Shown here in pieces: positions 61,664 to 64,000 of a stretch of DNA of 64,000 nucleotides (its first letter is position 1; every line of letters begins with the position of its first letter). The stretch comes from an uncultured Pseudomonadota bacterium (GTDB lineage: Bacteria; Pseudomonadota; Gammaproteobacteria; Burkholderiales; SG8-39): positions 61,114 through 125,113 of the forward strand of contig CAWICY010000003.1 in assembly GCA_963834845.1 (NCBI GenBank), in the 5' to 3' direction. Under the pieces are notes generated by a model. That model was given only the letters and a program-made list of their open reading frames with translations. It was not told where the DNA came from and did not search any database. Both the position numbers and the translations under genes were made by a program.

Positions 61664-62331
61664 GCGCTCCCGTCATCACGGTCGACGGGCCGTCGGCGTC
61701 CGGCAAGGGCACCGTCGCGCGGCGGATCGCCGAGGCGCTCGGGTTTCATTATCTGGAAAGCGGTGCCTTGTACCGGCTGGTCGCGTTGGCTTCAATGCAC
61801 GCGGGAGTCGCGGCCAGTGACGAAGCGAGTCTGGAGAGTATTGCCCGAGGCCTCGATGTGCGCTTCTCCGATGGAACGATAAGCCTTTCGAATCATGATG
61901 TTACGGACGATCTGTACACCGAGGATTGTGGCACTCGGGCATCCGAGATCGCACGCTTGCCGCGCGTTCGCGCGGCCTTGCTCGAGCGGCAGCGTGGCTT
62001 CCGCCGCCCGCCCGGGCTGGTAGCCGACGGCCGCGACATGGGGAGCGTGGTGTTTCCTGACGCGGCGTTGAAGGTGTTTCTCAGCGCCAGTCCCGCGGTG
62101 CGCGCCCAGCGTCGATATAAGCAGTTGAAAGAAAAAGGAATCCATGCTACTCTGCACGCCCTTTCCAGTGAGCTGGAAGCGCGCGATGCGCGTGACGCGG
62201 CGCGCGCGGTCGCTCCGCTAGTAGCGGCGGCCGACGCGATGCATCTCGATTCCTCCGAGCTGTCGGTAGAGGAGGTCGTGAGCCGGATTCTCCGCTGGTG
62301 GCGGGAACCCGGCAAACGCGAGACCACCTGA
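61660..62331 (+). CDS. cmk: Cytidylate kinase
   Basis: [34 protein letters not shown]; TTG start overlaps aroA stop. Confidence 0.95.
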   Translation: MSAPVITVDGPSASGKGTVARRIAEALGFHYLESGALYRLVALASMHAGVAASDEASLESIARGLDVRFSDGTISLSNHDVTDDLYTEDCGTRASEIARLPRVRAALLERQRGFRRPPGLVADGRDMGSVVFPDAALKVFLSASPAVRAQRRYKQLKEKGIHATLHALSSELEARDARDAARAVAPLVAAADAMHLDSSELSVEEVVSRILRWWREPGKRETT

Positions 62332-62434
62332 TTTGGAAAGGAAATTCGGTGGGTGGCGCCTGACGGCCCGCCCGTGTGTGCAACCTGACCCGCACGCCCC
62401 TTAACGCGCGGCGGCCCAAGAGGTTTTTCCTTAC

Positions 62435-64000
62435 ATGCCCAGCATTTCCCCCGCAGTATCCAAGCCCTCCTCATCCAACGAGTCGTTTGCCGCGCTGTTC
62501 GAAGAAAGCCTGTCGCGCAAGGAAATGCGCATCGGCGAGGTGATTACCGCCGAAGTGGTGCGCGTCGATCCGAACTACGTCGTGGTCAACGCCGGACTGA
62601 AGTCGGAGAGCCTGATCGCGACTGAAGAATTCAAGACCGATGCCGGTGAGATCGAAGTCAAGCCTGGCGATTTCGTCGCCGTGTCGATCGAAGCGCTCGA
62701 GGACGGCTACGGCGAAACGCGGCTGTCCCGCGAGAAAGCCAAGCGGCTCGCGGCGTGGCTCGACCTCGAAAAGGCGCTCGAAAAGGGCGAGAAGATTGAA
62801 GGCGTCATCACCGGCAAGGTGAAGGGCGGCCTGACGGTCATGACCAACGGCATCCGCGCGTTCCTGCCCGGCTCGCTCGTCGATCTGCGCCCGGTGAAGG
62901 ACACGACGCCCTACGAGGGCAAGCAGATGGATTTCAAGGTCATCAAGCTCGATCGCAAGCGCAACAACGTGGTCGTATCGCGTCGTGCGGTGCTGGAAGA
63001 AACGGTCGGAGCGGAGCGCGAGCAGCTGCTGTCGACGCTGCAGGAAGGCGCGACCGTCAAGGGCATCGTCAAGAACATCACTGACTATGGCGCGTTCGTC
63101 GACCTCGGCGGAATCGACGGCTTGCTGCACATCACCGATCTTGCGTGGCGCCGCGTGAAGCATCCCTCCGAGGTGCTAAACGTGGGTGACGAGGTGACCG
63201 CCAAGGTATTGAAGTTCGACGCGGAGAAGAACCGCGTGTCGCTCGGCATGAAGCAGCTCGGCGAGGATCCGTGGGTCGGCATCTCGCGCCGTTACCCGCA
63301 GGGCACGCGGCTGTTCGGCAAGGTCACCAACCTCACCGACTACGGCGCGTTCGTCGAGGTGGAGGCTGGCATCGAGGGTCTGGTCCACGTGTCCGAGATG
63401 GACTGGACAAACAAGAACGTTCATCCGTCGAAGGTGGTGCAGGTAGGCGACGAAGTCGAGGTCATGATCCTCGAGATCGACGAGGAGCGGCGCCGCATCT
63501 CGCTCGGCATGAAGCAATGCATGCCCAACCCGTGGGAAGACTTTGCGCGCGAGTTCAAGAAGGGCGACCGCGTCAAGGGGCAGATCAAGTCGATCACCGA
63601 CTTCGGGGTTTTCGTCGGGCTGGCGGGCGGCATCGACGGTTTGGTGCACCTTTCGGACCTGTCCTGGAGCGATGCCGGCGAGGAAGCCGTTAAGAAGTTC
63701 AAGAAGGGCGAGGACGTCGATGCAGTCGTGTTGTCGATCGACGTCGAGCGCGAGCGCATCTCGCTCGGGATCAAGCAGCTCGAGGGCGATCCGTTCACCA
63801 ATTTCCTGGCCAGCCATGAGAAGAACAGCATCGTCGCCGGTACCGTCAAATCGGTCGATGCGAAGGGCGCGGTGATCGCCATCACGGGCGACGTCGAGGG
63901 CTATCTGCGTGCTTCCGAGTTCTCGCGCGATCGTGTCGAGGACCTTCGCGCCCACCTGAAGGAGGGCGACACGGTAAGCGCAATGATCATCAACCTCGAT
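62435..64000 (+). CDS. rpsA: 30S ribosomal protein S1 (partial, runs off window end)
   Basis: [17 protein letters not shown], repeated S1 domains ([35 protein letters not shown]); absent from ORF track because it is open-ended. Confidence 0.97.
   Translation, partial: MPSISPAVSKPSSSNESFAALFEESLSRKEMRIGEVITAEVVRVDPNYVVVNAGLKSESLIATEEFKTDAGEIEVKPGDFVAVSIEALEDGYGETRLSREKAKRLAAWLDLEKALEKGEKIEGVITGKVKGGLTVMTNGIRAFLPGSLVDLRPVKDTTPYEGKQMDFKVIKLDRKRNNVVVSRRAVLEETVGAEREQLLSTLQEGATVKGIVKNITDYGAFVDLGGIDGLLHITDLAWRRVKHPSEVLNVGDEVTAKVLKFDAEKNRVSLGMKQLGEDPWVGISRRYPQGTRLFGKVTNLTDYGAFVEVEAGIEGLVHVSEMDWTNKNVHPSKVVQVGDEVEVMILEIDEERRRISLGMKQCMPNPWEDFAREFKKGDRVKGQIKSITDFGVFVGLAGGIDGLVHLSDLSWSDAGEEAVKKFKKGEDVDAVVLSIDVERERISLGIKQLEGDPFTNFLASHEKNSIVAGTVKSVDAKGAVIAITGDVEGYLRASEFSRDRVEDLRAHLKEGDTVSAMIINLD

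Overview
High-GC (roughly 68-70% by eye) betaproteobacterial chromosome segment; the tmRNA tag ANDERFALAA and the gph-ubiG-ompA-gyrA-serC-pheA-hisC-tyrA-aroA-cmk-rpsA synteny support this. From left to right: (1) 1-22 kb is a Mo/W-formate dehydrogenase and anion-handling supercluster. It holds moaA, DUF3305/DUF3306/polyferredoxin/TorD-type chaperone, a Tat-exported Cys-type FdhABC with three small accessory proteins, and chrA with a rhodanese-ChrB_C fusion behind a structured leader. It continues with divergent modABC and tupABC around one regulator, mobB-moeA-moaD-moaE, and fluoride riboswitch-crcB-DUF190. (2) 22-34 kb holds divergent ftsH/clpB with sigma32-like promoters, an FNR-box USP, a hybrid kinase and a paaH-thiolase-gcdH operon. 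(3) 34-41.6 kb is a same-strand run USP, CoxL-like, cupin, archease, RtcB, APH/P-loop dual kinase, DHH phosphoesterase; this is the best candidate for an undescribed (RNA repair/dormancy) system. (4) 41.6-47.4 kb is an accessory region ending at the tmRNA 3' end, with orphan pseudopilins, a PEP-CTERM gene with a sigma54/enhancer promoter and two IS3 remnants. (5) 47.4-64 kb is core genome, with a cluster of about 7 single-base indels in gyrA/serA/pheA that are probably sequencing errors. All calls are from motif recognition by eye; no database searches were run.
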